DNA of 64,000 bases from an uncultured bacterium (GCA_963729625.1 CAVSOU010000010.1:416001-480000), one strand, 5' to 3'; counted from the first letter of the stretch, positions 29,394 to 40,261 are shown. The notes: generated by a model from the sequence alone, not told the origin. Made by a program: numbers and translations.

Positions 29394-31157
29394 ATGGACC
29401 TTGAGCGCGGATTGCCAACGATCCTGCCATTACTTAGGCGGTGGTGGTGGCTGATTTGTGTCGCCGTCGTGGTGGCCGGGTCCGCGAGCTATGTCGTCAC
29501 CAAGCATATCAAACCGGTGTACGAGGCCTCTTCGCAGCTGTTCGTCAATACCTCGTCGGCAGCGGCCTTGACAGGCGCATATGGCGATTCCCAATCAGAG
29601 CTGGTACTTGCTTCGGCGGTCGCAGACATGATCAACAGCCATCGCGTGGCGGACCGTGTTCTTGCCACGACCAGGTCCCGCCTGTCCGCGGACGATTTGC
29701 TTGCTGAATTGAATGCAAGCGCATCGTCCAGCACGCCGATGGTGACGGTCAGCGTCAAGGATACCAGCCCGGCGCAAGCTGCACGCCTTGCTGACGCGGC
29801 TGCGTCGGCCATCATCACGCTCTACCAAGCCGACCAAGGCACTCGATACGACAGCCTCAAAGTTACGCTGCAGGCACAGATTGCCACCCTTACGAATCAG
29901 CTCGACGGGGACACGGCCAAGCTGCGTGATCTAGCCGCGCGCAGCTCGGCGAATGCCGCGCTTCTGAGTGAGGTAGCAAGCCTGAACGCCCAGATCGTCA
30001 CGTTGCAGTCAAGCCTTACGTCGCTCAACGTGCAGCTGAACACAATCCTTTTGAGTCAAGCGCAGTCGGACACGACACTCACAGTGGTGGACCACGCCCA
30101 GGTTCCAACAGCACAGGTCAGCCCAAGTATGCGCGTGAATCTTGCCCTGGCGGTGGCGCTCAGCCTGATCCTCACGTGTGGGTTCATTGCGGCTGTCGAA
30201 TACCTCGATGACTCAGTGCGCTCGCCCGCGCTGCTCGAGGAGCAACTCAAACTACCGATGCTCGCCGTTGTGTCCAGGTTCAGGTCGAAGAAGTACACAC
30301 CGCTCCTGGCCGAGCGACCGTGGGACACCAATGCCGAGTCCTTCAAAACGCTTCGGACGAACGTGCAGTTCGTGAACGTGGATCGACCCCCGCGCACGAT
30401 TCTTATCGCCAGCGGAAGCCCCTCGGAGGGAAAGACGACGATTGCCGCGAACTATGCAGTAGCTGTGGCCCAGGCGGGACGGCGCGTCATCCTGGTGGAC
30501 TGTGATCTGCGACGCCCCAGGCAGGACCGCGTGTTCGGCCTTGAGCCCACGCCTGGACTTACCGATCACCTCGCCGACTCGGATCTCGGACTTGACGTAG
30601 CGCGCGACACGAGCGTGGCCAACCTGCGCGTCGTAACATCAGGTCCCGTGCCGCCAAACCCATCAGAGCTGCTGGGCTCGCACCGCATGGCCGAGTTTCT
30701 GGACCTCGCCAGGGGAGACGCGGACCTTGTAGTCCTCGATTCGCCGCCCGCGCTCGTGGTTACCGATGCCTCGGTGCTCGCGCCGCAGGTGGACGGTGTG
30801 TTGCTCGTCGTCGATGAGCAGACCTCAAAGATGCGACCCACCCTTCGCACCATTCAATTGTTCAACCTGGTCGGTGCAAAGGTGCTGGGCGTGGTCTTCA
30901 ACAAGTTCGACGCGCGCCACGGTGGCTATGGTTACGGATACTACCACTACAGCGGCTACTACCGTCGTGGGAAGGGGTCAGACGGCGTCCGCGAGGCAGG
31001 TCAGGACGTGCAAGGCGATACCCCTGCCGGCGTGGCCACGGGAGACTCGGTGCCGCATGTGGGCTACGAAGTGGCGGCTCCGTTTGCTCGCAGCAGCGGC
31101 GAGTTGGAACAGCCGGGTGAGGCAGCGAAGGTATCGGACGGGATACGGCGGCGCTAG
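29394..31157 (+). CDS. Polysaccharide co-polymerase/tyrosine autokinase (Wzc / CpsCD type)
   Basis: Wzz-like N-terminus with 2 TMs, SPSEGKTT, VDCDLRRP, DSPP and the Tyr cluster YGYGYYHYSGYY. Confidence 0.95.
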   Translation: MDLERGLPTILPLLRRWWWLICVAVVVAGSASYVVTKHIKPVYEASSQLFVNTSSAAALTGAYGDSQSELVLASAVADMINSHRVADRVLATTRSRLSADDLLAELNASASSSTPMVTVSVKDTSPAQAARLADAAASAIITLYQADQGTRYDSLKVTLQAQIATLTNQLDGDTAKLRDLAARSSANAALLSEVASLNAQIVTLQSSLTSLNVQLNTILLSQAQSDTTLTVVDHAQVPTAQVSPSMRVNLALAVALSLILTCGFIAAVEYLDDSVRSPALLEEQLKLPMLAVVSRFRSKKYTPLLAERPWDTNAESFKTLRTNVQFVNVDRPPRTILIASGSPSEGKTTIAANYAVAVAQAGRRVILVDCDLRRPRQDRVFGLEPTPGLTDHLADSDLGLDVARDTSVANLRVVTSGPVPPNPSELLGSHRMAEFLDLARGDADLVVLDSPPALVVTDASVLAPQVDGVLLVVDEQTSKMRPTLRTIQLFNLVGAKVLGVVFNKFDARHGGYGYGYYHYSGYYRRGKGSDGVREAGQDVQGDTPAGVATGDSVPHVGYEVAAPFARSSGELEQPGEAAKVSDGIRRR

Positions 31158-31210
31158 CGCTGTCCTGCGCGACGATGTACGGACCCCACGTGCCAGGCGT
31201 CGTTACGCGG

Positions 31211-31320
31211 CAACCGACGGCTACGGCAATAGCTTTTGCGGCAACACCTGGTTCCGCGTCACCGCCTGCCGCAAACAGGCCGACAACCAACGGCTACGGC
31301 AATAGCTTGCGCGGCAACAC
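31211..31320. repeat. 37-bp direct repeat (31211-31247, 31284-31320) duplicating the 3' end of the minus-strand PT-repeat gene
   Basis: 34 of 37 positions identical; copies read VLPQKLLP* and VLPRKLLP* on the minus strand. Confidence 0.85.
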
Positions 31321-32019
31321 TGCAAAGTGCGGCTTGCCATCCAGGGGCACGGAGAGGTTGGTGCCGTCCACGGCCCTGAATGAGCCGGTTTCGCCCACTG
31401 CCACCAGCACGTAGCCCGGTTCGGTCACCTGAGTGTCGACGGTGGCTGACTGGTCGTTCTCGGTGCTCGCCGAGTAGTCGATAAAGCCATCCGGTAACAA
31501 GGTCGCTCCGATTGGCCACTGAGAGTGGTTGGTAATACCCACGTAGCTCCCGAACGACTGGTAACTACCAGGATCAATGCGATGCCAGCGGCAGCCGGGC
31601 TGTGTCTCACATGGAGGTGGAGTCGGCGTGTGCGTCGGCCTTGGCGTGAGAGTTGGCCGTGGCGTGTGCGTGGGCCTGGCCGTTGGCGTGTTGGTAGGAA
31701 CGCGCGTCTTTGTGAACGTTGGCTTGGGCGTAAATGTGGCAGTTGGCCTTGGTGTGAAGGTAGCTGTGGGCCGGGGAGTGAACGTAGCCGTGGGCCGGGG
31801 AGTGAACGTAGCCGTGGGCCGGGGAGTGAACGTAGCCGTGGGCCTGCGTTCGTGCGTAGCAGTGGGCGTGGGCTCGTGCCTGCGTTCATGCGTGGCAGTA
31901 GGCGTTGGCTCATGGTGAGCAAATGCTTGCAATGGCGACTCACCCTGTACAACCGCGACCACGCCAGAAACGATAAGCGCGGAGGTCAGGATTCCCGCGA
32001 ACGCGACGCGCTTCTGCAT
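31294..32019 (-). CDS. Secreted Pro/Thr-repeat protein with a small C-terminal domain
   Basis: GAGGGGG RBS, signal peptide [25 protein letters not shown] repeats encoded by 24-bp tandem units. Confidence 0.85.
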   Translation of the reverse strand: MQKRVAFAGILTSALIVSGVVAVVQGESPLQAFAHHEPTPTATHERRHEPTPTATHERRPTATFTPRPTATFTPRPTATFTPRPTATFTPRPTATFTPKPTFTKTRVPTNTPTARPTHTPRPTLTPRPTHTPTPPPCETQPGCRWHRIDPGSYQSFGSYVGITNHSQWPIGATLLPDGFIDYSASTENDQSATVDTQVTEPGYVLVAVGETGSFRAVDGTNLSVPLDGKPHFAVLPRKLLP

Positions 32020-32462
32020 AGATCCCCCCTCGCGAGCGTCGTAAAGCAGGCTTGACGCCAGCACTGACGTTCGCGGCCACCCCGAACCCGCGTTTCTCAC
32101 CCAGACGGGTGATGCGCGACCTCTGCACCGCCGCTGGCGGAGCCGTCAATCTTTATCTCGTCTGCTACACTATAGTCCATATTGGCATGGTAGCGCCAGT
32201 GCTGCCACGAATTTCGTCCCACTGCGTGAAGCGCAGTGGCACTGATTCTCGGATTCCTCACATGCGAGCCGTCCGCCTCGAATCGCCGCAAGTCGGTTTG
32301 CCCGCCCAGGGCCTGTGTAGGGCCGCGTGAGAGTGAATGATCTGGCGTGGACTTCGCGGGCTGTAGAGTCGCAGGCGCGCCAAGATCGCGCGGTCGGAAT
32401 TTGTGGCGGCAGTTACTCGGCTGGCACAAGATGTGTCGAGACTGGTCCCGGTGGATAGCTGA

Positions 32463-34100
32463 GTGGGTCAGGACGGTGAGGTGCGACTGGCAGACGCGCT
32501 GGGGAGATCCACCCTGGCGTCAGCGGTCGTTGGACGACTGACTCCCGCGTCAATTGCCGCCGCAGTAGCGGGTCTGTCCGCGCTCGCCGTCTACATCCCA
32601 TCGTTGGCCCGATCCATCACCTCGGGCTACAACACCGGCGACAGCGGTGAGCTTGCGTCCGCGGCCTATTCCCTTGGCATCAGCCATCCAACCGGTTCCC
32701 CTCTGTACACCCTGCTCGGTTTTGCAGTGACGCACCTCAGCACTGCCGAGCCCGCTCTCGCGCTCAATACGTTGTCGGCGGTCATGGCTGACTGCGCGCT
32801 GTGTGGCATCGCGTATCTGATCGGTCGGTGTTCTCTCATCGTCAATGACTCCGAATCGGCATGGGTTGTGGTTCCATCTGCCGTCATTGCCTGTACGTCG
32901 TTGGCCCTGAGCACGACGTTCTGGACTCAGGCTGTGGTTGCTGAGACGCGAAGCCTGGCCGTGGCGCTCGACACGATCGTACTCATGCTGCTGGTACCCC
33001 CTCACCTCAGCCGAAGGAGAGCGCTTAGCGCCGCACTGGTCTACGGCCTCTCCCTCAGCGCCCATCTGCTGGCCCTGTTTCTTGCCCCGACAGTCGTGCT
33101 GCTCATTCTCCCCTGGGCGCGATCGCGGATAGGGCGCTGGCTGCATGTGCTAGTCTGCCTCGGGCTCGGCCTTTCCTGCTATATCTATCTTCCCGTCCGC
33201 GCCGCCATGCACCCGGCTGCGAACTGGGGAAATCCTGACACACTCGCGCGCTTCTGGTGGGTTGTGTCGGGCCGCGAATATCGGTACGAGATGCTCACTC
33301 TAGGCCCTGGGGACGTGATATCGCGACTCGGAGACGAGCTGCACACCATCATCGTCCAGCTCAATCCTCTGACCGCGGCAATGGCAGTCGTCGGGTTGGT
33401 CGTTCTCATGCGGCGGCGTCCGCTTGTCGCGTCCGCCTTGGCGCTGACATTCGCGCTCGACCTCATCGGCTCGAGCGAGTACCAGGCCGACGCAGCGCCG
33501 ACGTACCTTATGCTCGGCATGCTGTGCGTCTGCTTCTTTGCCGGCATCGGCTGGGTTGCGATCGCGCATCAAGCGGTACGCTTTGTTGCCCCACGGAATG
33601 TTGTCATGGCTGCTTGTATTGCCCTTGCCGTAATAGCCGAGCGCGATCCTGCTCTGGATGCGCACTCTGCTGTCGCCTGGCTTGGCGGCACTACCGTGCG
33701 AGACTCCGGTGTCGACGCACTGCAGGCGCTGCCGCAGCGCGCAATAGTCGACGCCCAGGGCGACGCAAACTCGGTCCCCCTGTGGTATGCCCAGCGCGCA
33801 CTTGGCATGCGAAAGGATGTCACAATTGTCGCGAGCGATCTCCTGACCTTCGCCTGGTATTACCGTCAAGTTCGCTCTCAGCCGGCGTTTGATCCGCGTT
33901 TGATGCGGCCCAGCGATGCCTCGTCGGACGATGGGACCGACATCGCGCTGGTTCAGGAGCGCACGCCGCTCATCGTTCTGGCGGCGCGACCCGGCTATCC
34001 GGTATTCAGTGTTTTGCCGGAACCGTTATGGGCGGCACTCTGCCATGAACAACGCGTCGGTCCGGTATACCGCTGCGTACGCGCCACGCTCGCGCGCTGA
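32463..34100 (+). CDS. DUF2723 / TMEM260-like GT-C membrane glycosyltransferase
   Basis: GDSGELASAAYSLGISHPTGSPLYTLLG, FWTQAVVAE, YLPVRA...NWGNP, D..SVPLWYAQ. Confidence 0.88.
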   Translation: MGQDGEVRLADALGRSTLASAVVGRLTPASIAAAVAGLSALAVYIPSLARSITSGYNTGDSGELASAAYSLGISHPTGSPLYTLLGFAVTHLSTAEPALALNTLSAVMADCALCGIAYLIGRCSLIVNDSESAWVVVPSAVIACTSLALSTTFWTQAVVAETRSLAVALDTIVLMLLVPPHLSRRRALSAALVYGLSLSAHLLALFLAPTVVLLILPWARSRIGRWLHVLVCLGLGLSCYIYLPVRAAMHPAANWGNPDTLARFWWVVSGREYRYEMLTLGPGDVISRLGDELHTIIVQLNPLTAAMAVVGLVVLMRRRPLVASALALTFALDLIGSSEYQADAAPTYLMLGMLCVCFFAGIGWVAIAHQAVRFVAPRNVVMAACIALAVIAERDPALDAHSAVAWLGGTTVRDSGVDALQALPQRAIVDAQGDANSVPLWYAQRALGMRKDVTIVASDLLTFAWYYRQVRSQPAFDPRLMRPSDASSDDGTDIALVQERTPLIVLAARPGYPVFSVLPEPLWAALCHEQRVGPVYRCVRATLAR

Positions 34101-34350
34101 GTCTGTGTGACCAGGTCTTCTGAAAGACGAACCGATCGGTCTGCTTGAGCGTTGACGCAGTACCGGCACCCAATTTGCCGCCCAAGGCCCACAGCATTGT
34201 GCTCGGCCCGTTTCCGAAGGCAACCTGGCTCATTCGACCTTGCCTCCTATCCCGGCCAAATCTGCCGACCGAGCAGAGCCGCTCCAATCTGCTACACTCC
34301 ACATCGTTCTCGCGGGCGAGCCTCCGCCACTTTCCTCAAAGGGCACGGTG

Positions 34351-36315
34351 ATGCGTCAGCCAGCAATTCTTCCGGCGCCGCCGCGAAGGAAGCGCACACG
34401 CGCGTTCCGGCGCTACGTCCTCATACTGTTGCTGTTGCTGGTCGCTGCTGCCGTGGCTCTTGGAATAGGCTTGTGGCCCGCTGCGCGCGCGGCGCGCGAT
34501 GCGGAATCGCAGATAAAGGCCCTTGAGGGCATGAAGTCAGCGCTCGAGGACCGCCCTTCGGTTGCTACCCTGCGTGAGGCTGATACCCGGATCGTGCGAC
34601 TTCATGCCGACATTTCCACGATCAATGGAACCTGGCAGTCGTGGAAAGGCACCGCGCTGTTCCTCAGTCAGCCGTTTCACGCGGTTCACGCCACCTTGCG
34701 ACAAGTGGACCCCCTGCTCGTGTACGGCCGGCAGCTGACCGAAGCAGGACACACGTTGTCGTCGGCGCTCAGTCCTGCCGTTCGTGACATGACAGGACAC
34801 ATCAACCACGCCACTCTTCCCACATTGGTGGCTGACCTGGCACCGACGAGATCCGCGCTGCGCGGCGCCGGCGCTCTGCTTCGCCAGGCCGACGGCACTC
34901 GGCGCCTGATCCTGGCCGACGGGCTGCCCACATCGATCCGGCACGGGCTCTCGCTTCTGGACGCAGTGCTGCCGCGCGCGCCCGACGAACTCGATTCTCT
35001 CGCCGCTCTGCCTGCCGCCCTGGGCGGTGATGGGCCCCGAAACTACCTGTTGGTGCCGCAGAACAGCACAGACTTGCGTGCAACGGGAGGATTCATCGGC
35101 ACGGTCGCGGTGGTGCACGTCGATCGCGGGAAGCTGACGCTGACTCGAGTCGAGGACTCGTATGCAGTCGATCCGGGACTGCGCCCCAATGTCATACCGC
35201 CGCTGCCGCTTGCGCTGCACGGGTGGAGCAGCCTCTTGTTTCGCGACGGCAACTGGTCGGCGGATTATCCGACGACTGCCCAGGTGCTGGAAATCCTCTA
35301 TCGCCTTGGCGCGAAGCAGACGGTCGACGGTGTGATCGCCTTCAATCCCCCGCTCGTTCGTCAAGTGCTGCTGCTCACGGGGCCGGTCGCCGTGCCCGGC
35401 TATCAGGATCGGATCGATGCAAGCAACTTCTTCGAGCGCCTTGACTATCAAGTCAACGTGCTCGGCAAGACGAACAAGGCCTTCGCGTTGGCAGCCTATC
35501 GCGCGGTCTTCTCCCGACTTCTTTCCCTGAAGAACGTCGATGGCAAGCAGGCGGCGAGCAAGCTGCGTGCATCGGTGCGCTCCCGCGACGTCCTCATCTA
35601 TGCGAACGATAGGACTGCCGAAGACGCAGTGCGCTTTGCCGGGGCCGACGGCGCTATCGACGCCACTACCAGGGACTATCTCTACGTCGTGGACACCAAC
35701 ATGAGCCGGCAGAAGATCAACTCTCTCGTCCATGACGACATCGCGTACCGAGCCACGATCCAGCCGGACCGAAGCATCCTGGCAACCGTTACCCTGCGCT
35801 ACACGAATACTGCCGACAGTCGCAACACGCCACCGCTGCAGAGCCCTGGCTACAGCGAATTCGTTCGCGTGCTGGTGCCTGCGGGAAGCAAGCTGCTGAA
35901 GAGCACAGGTCTGGATACGGTGTGGCCGGCGAATGTGCTGCACCACAAGTCCGAGTTCTCAGGGTATTTCACGTTGCCGTCGAAGGCACGCCGAACCGTG
36001 ATGTTCCGGTACCGCATTCCGTCCAGCGTCGATGCTGGCAACACGTACTCGCTTCTCGTGCAGCGGCAACCCGGCTCAGGAAGCTGGCCTGTAGTGATTC
36101 ACCTGACGGCAGCGAATCCCATCCAGCTGACTGGCAACGTTCTGATCACTGGCGTTCTGCGAGGCGACATCGCGCTCAGGCTTGGACTCTTGGGCGGGTC
36201 CGCGCGACCGGCCGCTCCCGCGCCGGTGCCGACTGATGCGCCGCTGAAGCCGGGCTCACAGCCCGAACCATGGTTGACAGTGCCGGATAGCAGCTCACCC
36301 TTGGCGGCCAGCTAG
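34351..36315 (+). CDS. DUF4012 domain-containing membrane-anchored protein
   Basis: N-terminal TM, GPRNYLLVPQNSTDLRATGGFIG, RDGNWSADYP, VDGVIA, VQRQPG. Confidence 0.9.
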   Translation: MRQPAILPAPPRRKRTRAFRRYVLILLLLLVAAAVALGIGLWPAARAARDAESQIKALEGMKSALEDRPSVATLREADTRIVRLHADISTINGTWQSWKGTALFLSQPFHAVHATLRQVDPLLVYGRQLTEAGHTLSSALSPAVRDMTGHINHATLPTLVADLAPTRSALRGAGALLRQADGTRRLILADGLPTSIRHGLSLLDAVLPRAPDELDSLAALPAALGGDGPRNYLLVPQNSTDLRATGGFIGTVAVVHVDRGKLTLTRVEDSYAVDPGLRPNVIPPLPLALHGWSSLLFRDGNWSADYPTTAQVLEILYRLGAKQTVDGVIAFNPPLVRQVLLLTGPVAVPGYQDRIDASNFFERLDYQVNVLGKTNKAFALAAYRAVFSRLLSLKNVDGKQAASKLRASVRSRDVLIYANDRTAEDAVRFAGADGAIDATTRDYLYVVDTNMSRQKINSLVHDDIAYRATIQPDRSILATVTLRYTNTADSRNTPPLQSPGYSEFVRVLVPAGSKLLKSTGLDTVWPANVLHHKSEFSGYFTLPSKARRTVMFRYRIPSSVDAGNTYSLLVQRQPGSGSWPVVIHLTAANPIQLTGNVLITGVLRGDIALRLGLLGGSARPAAPAPVPTDAPLKPGSQPEPWLTVPDSSSPLAAS

Positions 36316-36332
36316 CAGTTGCATGACGCGGG

Positions 36333-36635
36333 CTAACTTTGCGCTTCAATGGTATAGAACTCCTGCCGTCCCGAGATCACGAGCTCCTGAAGGCGCCCGC
36401 CGGCCTGCTGGAACGCGGGCGAAGCGAACATCTTGACCCGCCACTGCTCCCAGGCGGCAAGACTCTCATGCTGGCTTTCCAGCACAACAGTGTTGAACTC
36501 GCCGCTCAAGTCCGTCAGCAGCCTGGTATGGCTTTGCCGTGATTCCTCAGCGCGCAACGCGCCGTCCCGCATCAGCGCGACGACCTCGGCGACTTTGCCC
36601 CATTTCGCCTGCATGGTGACACGTACCAGAATCAT
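36333..36635 (-). CDS. Small dimeric alpha/beta-barrel (NIPSNAP-like) protein
   Basis: RLLTDLSGEFNTVVLE...SLAAWEQW...GRQEFY pattern. Confidence 0.7.
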   Translation of the reverse strand: MILVRVTMQAKWGKVAEVVALMRDGALRAEESRQSHTRLLTDLSGEFNTVVLESQHESLAAWEQWRVKMFASPAFQQAGGRLQELVISGRQEFYTIEAQS

Positions 36636-36770
36636 CTGCTCGACTCCTTCACCGCAAACAGCGCTCCCGATCCGACGACCGGGCGGATCTTCCGGCAGGC
36701 ATTCGGAACCTGTACGAACAGTGTAGCCGGCGCAGCATTAGCGCACAGGAGGGCCGATGCGGCCGCCGGC

Positions 36771-37499
36771 TCAACGGCGGTAGACAGACACGTGCGTGAG
36801 GCTGGCCGAGGTGAACGGTTCTCGCTCCCAGCCGGACCAACGCTCCTTGAGGCGGAGGCCGGCGATCCGCGCCATAAGATCGATCTCGCTCGGCCACGCG
36901 TATCGCGTCACCACCGGGTAAAGGCGCACGCCCTGAGCGGAGAGCGACACATGGACCTCGTCGAGCCGCTGCGTCGCCGCATCGTGCCGGCACACGTCGA
37001 GCCACACCTCGTCAACCCCGACGGCTTCGGCGTCCACGTACTGTCCGTCGCGAAAATGCGTGGGGTCGGGCACGAACGCCTCCACCACAAACGATCCGTC
37101 GTCGGCGAGATGGGCGGCGACGTTCTGGAAACACCGCACCTGATCATCCTGCGTCACCAGGTTGAACAGCGTGTTGAACACCACGTACACCAGCCGGTAC
37201 GTGCCGGAGACCGGCATGTCGGCGAAGTCGCCCATGGTGACCGCGATCGTATCGCCTCCCGGTTTGGCGCGCAGTTTGGCAACCATCTCCGAAGATATTT
37301 CGACGCCGTCGACGTGCACGCCCCGAGCCGCGAGAGGCAACGCGATACGGCCCGTGCCGACCGCGAGCTCGAGCGCTCGGCCGCCTCCCGCCAGCTGGTC
37401 CAGAAACGCGACTGTCGCAGGCGTGTCTGCGCGCTCGGTTAACCGGTCGTACATCTCGGCGAAGCGCTCGCCGAACGTTCTCGACGTAAAGTGTTCCAT
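36771..37499 (-). CDS. Class I SAM-dependent methyltransferase
   Basis: ALELAVGTGRI, GVEIS, MGDFA. Confidence 0.92.
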   Translation of the reverse strand: MEHFTSRTFGERFAEMYDRLTERADTPATVAFLDQLAGGGRALELAVGTGRIALPLAARGVHVDGVEISSEMVAKLRAKPGGDTIAVTMGDFADMPVSGTYRLVYVVFNTLFNLVTQDDQVRCFQNVAAHLADDGSFVVEAFVPDPTHFRDGQYVDAEAVGVDEVWLDVCRHDAATQRLDEVHVSLSAQGVRLYPVVTRYAWPSEIDLMARIAGLRLKERWSGWEREPFTSASLTHVSVYRR

Positions 37500-38055
37500 G
37501 GCCCTACTTTACACAGCCACGTCGCGTTACGCAACCCGCAAGCTGCTTCCTGAAGGAACCAGACGCTTCCTGCGGTTATAGCGTCATTCCGGTCATGCTC
37601 TCTACGTACCACCTGTGCTGGCTGGAAAGCGCATCCAGCGGTGTCAAGAGGCACGAAAAGCGGAAAGGAAGTCGCCGGCGCCTACGTGCGGATGTAGGCA
37701 GGTCCCGATGCTGTGCCCTGAGATTCAGACAGACCTGCTCAAGTGGACGGGCTTTCCGGCCAGCACAGGGGTCTCTCGGGTGATCAGCTGCTCTCAGCGC
37801 ATCGACAAGCGTTGGTCGCGGCCGGCGTAGAGGACGACAGGGCGAAGCTTCTCCAGTTCTGCGCAACCGTACGCTACGAGTGGCCGGCCCAACACGGCTT
37901 ACCCTTGCTCGCGTCTTCCCATGCGGCCTCGTTGGAAGGGGGCCCCCGCCCGCCGAACTTGTAACATTGTCGCATCTGATATGACAGCTTTGACCTGCCA
38001 GGCGACACGTGCTACATATGATATCGGTTCACACACGATAAGGAGGCCACACACC

Positions 38056-38328
38056 ATGCCGTCTACCCGCATCAATGCTCGCCTGTCACCGCCGCTGGCT
38101 GAGTTTGTGGCCCGCATGGTCGGGGAGGCCGGTCTCTACGAGACGCCGAGCGAGTATATCCGCGATCTAATACGCCGTGATATGGAGCAGCGGGACAGCC
38201 GCATGGTACATGGTGCCATTCTCTCCGGGTACCGAGATTGGGCCGACGGCGCCGTACTGGCCTCTACCGGCGACTTTCAGCGGGACATGCAGCTGGTGGC
38301 GCAGAAGGAAGCGCACGGCTGGGCATGA
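38056..38328 (+). CDS. ParD-like ribbon-helix-helix antitoxin
   Basis: INARLSPPLAEFV...GLYETPSEYIRDLIRRD; AGGAGG RBS. Confidence 0.85.
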   Translation: MPSTRINARLSPPLAEFVARMVGEAGLYETPSEYIRDLIRRDMEQRDSRMVHGAILSGYRDWADGAVLASTGDFQRDMQLVAQKEAHGWA

Positions 38329-38690
38329 CCCGGCGGCCATTTTACCTGACGCGCCAGGCTGCCAGAGACCTGCACGACATCCATTTGCACTCCGTCACGA
38401 AGTGGGGTCAAGAACGCGCCGATGCCTATCTGGCCGAGATTTACGCCGTCTTCGCCAAGGTAGGTGCCTCGCCGGAACTTGGCCGGCTGAGAGCGCATCG
38501 CTCTGTCCCCTTCCTGATGGTACCTGCGGGCCGTCATTTTGTCGTGTACGACCAGGCAGCAGACGGTGTCATTGTGCTGACGGTACTGCACCAGGCGCGT
38601 GATATTGAGCAGATCATCGCTGAGCTGGGGCCGTCCTTCCTCGCGGAAGTAGCCGCGCTGAGGCGCAAGGCACACAACACTCCCGATTGA
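38325..38690 (+). CDS. ParE/RelE-family toxin
   Basis: LTRQAARDLHDI...KWGQERADAY...PELGR...HFVVY...VLHQARD; ATGA coupling to the antitoxin. Confidence 0.88.
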   Translation: MTRRPFYLTRQAARDLHDIHLHSVTKWGQERADAYLAEIYAVFAKVGASPELGRLRAHRSVPFLMVPAGRHFVVYDQAADGVIVLTVLHQARDIEQIIAELGPSFLAEVAALRRKAHNTPD

Positions 38691-38729
38691 CGCGTGAGTT
38701 GTGAGAGGACTGGCTGGAAAGGGTATCCA

Positions 38730-39138
38730 CGTGCTGTTGAGCTGCCCGAGCGTATGAACGGTAAAGCCCGCCAAGGACCGGCATAGCGCACACCGTGCCT
38801 GTCGGGTTGGCGGACGAGACCAGCGGATCGGGGATGCGTTGGTGCAGCCCATGGTGCTGCCGGGCGGAATTGTAGTAGTGCACGTACTCAGTCAGCACCC
38901 GGAGCACGTGCATCTCGTTCAGGATCAGCAGGTGGTCCAGGCACTCCCGGCAGACACTCCCCACCAAGCGCTCGCAGCAGTCGTTTTCCCTCGCTGCGCG
39001 GTAGGCGGTGCGGACGTCTTTGATGCCGGTAGCAGTGGCCAAAGCCCGGAAGGCTGGTCCGAACTTGGCGTCGTTGTCGCGAATCAGGTGCCTGGGGTGT
39101 TGGCCGAACGGTGTGGCCTCGCGCAGTTGCTGCGGCAT
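38730..39138 (-). mobile_element. Truncated IS transposase (integrase core, DDE) remnant
   Basis: QQLREATP...LIRDNDAKFG...CERLVGS..RECLDH...YYNSARQHHGL...VLGGL; N-terminus missing. Confidence 0.85.
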
Positions 39139-39377
39139 AGATGCCCAGGCTGATCTTTGCGTGGGCAGTCAGTCGCTCAATCTGTGACCTGGAATTGACA
39201 TGGTCGGACTGGAGCTATCTGAGCCACATGGGCCAGGCGCGGCAGCCTTGCTCGCATCGTTCCTGGACCGCAAAGACGCGTTTTGTCCACCGCAAGTACC
39301 CTATATGGTTGTACGCACCTCTGATATCCTAGGGATGGCCCGCCGGGCGGGCGTTTACTAGACGGAGATAAGAATCG

Positions 39378-40088
39378 TTGAACGTGTGGCTCCTAACTCT
39401 TCTCGGCGATGCGGATAGCCACACGATCGACGTGCTCCGCGGAGCAGATGGATTCTGGATCTATTGCCTGGTGTTCTTCCTGATCGTCATACAGGAATGT
39501 GGCGTTCCGCTCCCGGTTCTCCCGAGTGAGGTCGTTCTTCTCAGCGCCGGGTTCTTGGCATCCCAAGGCAAGATCGCTCTCCTGCTGATGGGCCTGTTTG
39601 CCACGGCCGCGACACTGATCGGAAACTCCCTGCTCTATTATGTCAGCCGGCGTTATGGTCGAGTGGCACTCGATCGATACGGCAAGTACGTGATGCTTCG
39701 ACCTGAAAGGATTGATCGCATCCAGGCCTGGATTGGGCGGCGCGGCACGCCTATTCTCATGTACGGGCCGCTCGTTCCGATTCTCCGCGCGTACGTGCCT
39801 GCTTTGGCCGGGATGTTCGGCGTGCCATACCGTCTCTACATCCTTGTGCTCACCGGCGCTGCCCTTGCATGGTCGTTTGGCTTGCTTGTCATCGGACAAG
39901 TCCTCGGCGAGCATTGGCAGGATGCGATTGAGTTCATCAGGAACAATGTGTACCTCGGAGTGATCGCATGTCTCGTAGGTGGAGCCTGCACGTACCTGTA
40001 CGTACGTCAGCAGCACAGGACGGCCGCAATGCGAGCGCAGCATTGGCCCGAAAACGTGCTTCCGCCCCCGCCGCACCGTCTGCTCTAG
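39378..40088 (+). CDS. DedA family membrane protein
   Basis: ECGVPLP..PSEVVLLSAG, GNSLLYYV.RRYG, PILRAYVPALAG. Confidence 0.9.
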   Translation: MNVWLLTLLGDADSHTIDVLRGADGFWIYCLVFFLIVIQECGVPLPVLPSEVVLLSAGFLASQGKIALLLMGLFATAATLIGNSLLYYVSRRYGRVALDRYGKYVMLRPERIDRIQAWIGRRGTPILMYGPLVPILRAYVPALAGMFGVPYRLYILVLTGAALAWSFGLLVIGQVLGEHWQDAIEFIRNNVYLGVIACLVGGACTYLYVRQQHRTAAMRAQHWPENVLPPPPHRLL

Positions 40089-40261
40089 CACTCGATCGCC
40101 GCGCGTTCCATGGCCAATCGAGCGTCGCGAGCGGTCCGCCTCCGACGAAGTTTCCGGCAGACCTTCTCGCAGGTAGAATGAAGGGGATTCCGGCATATAC
40201 ACTTTGCCCTTTGGACAAGGTCCACAGCGGCATTCAAACTCTAGCAGGATCGACAAACCAC

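Noticed and set aside
31720-31915. Regular 24-bp repeats that might suggest a CRISPR array
   Set aside because: No unique spacers; they are in-frame coding repeats (PTATFTPR), and there are no cas genes.
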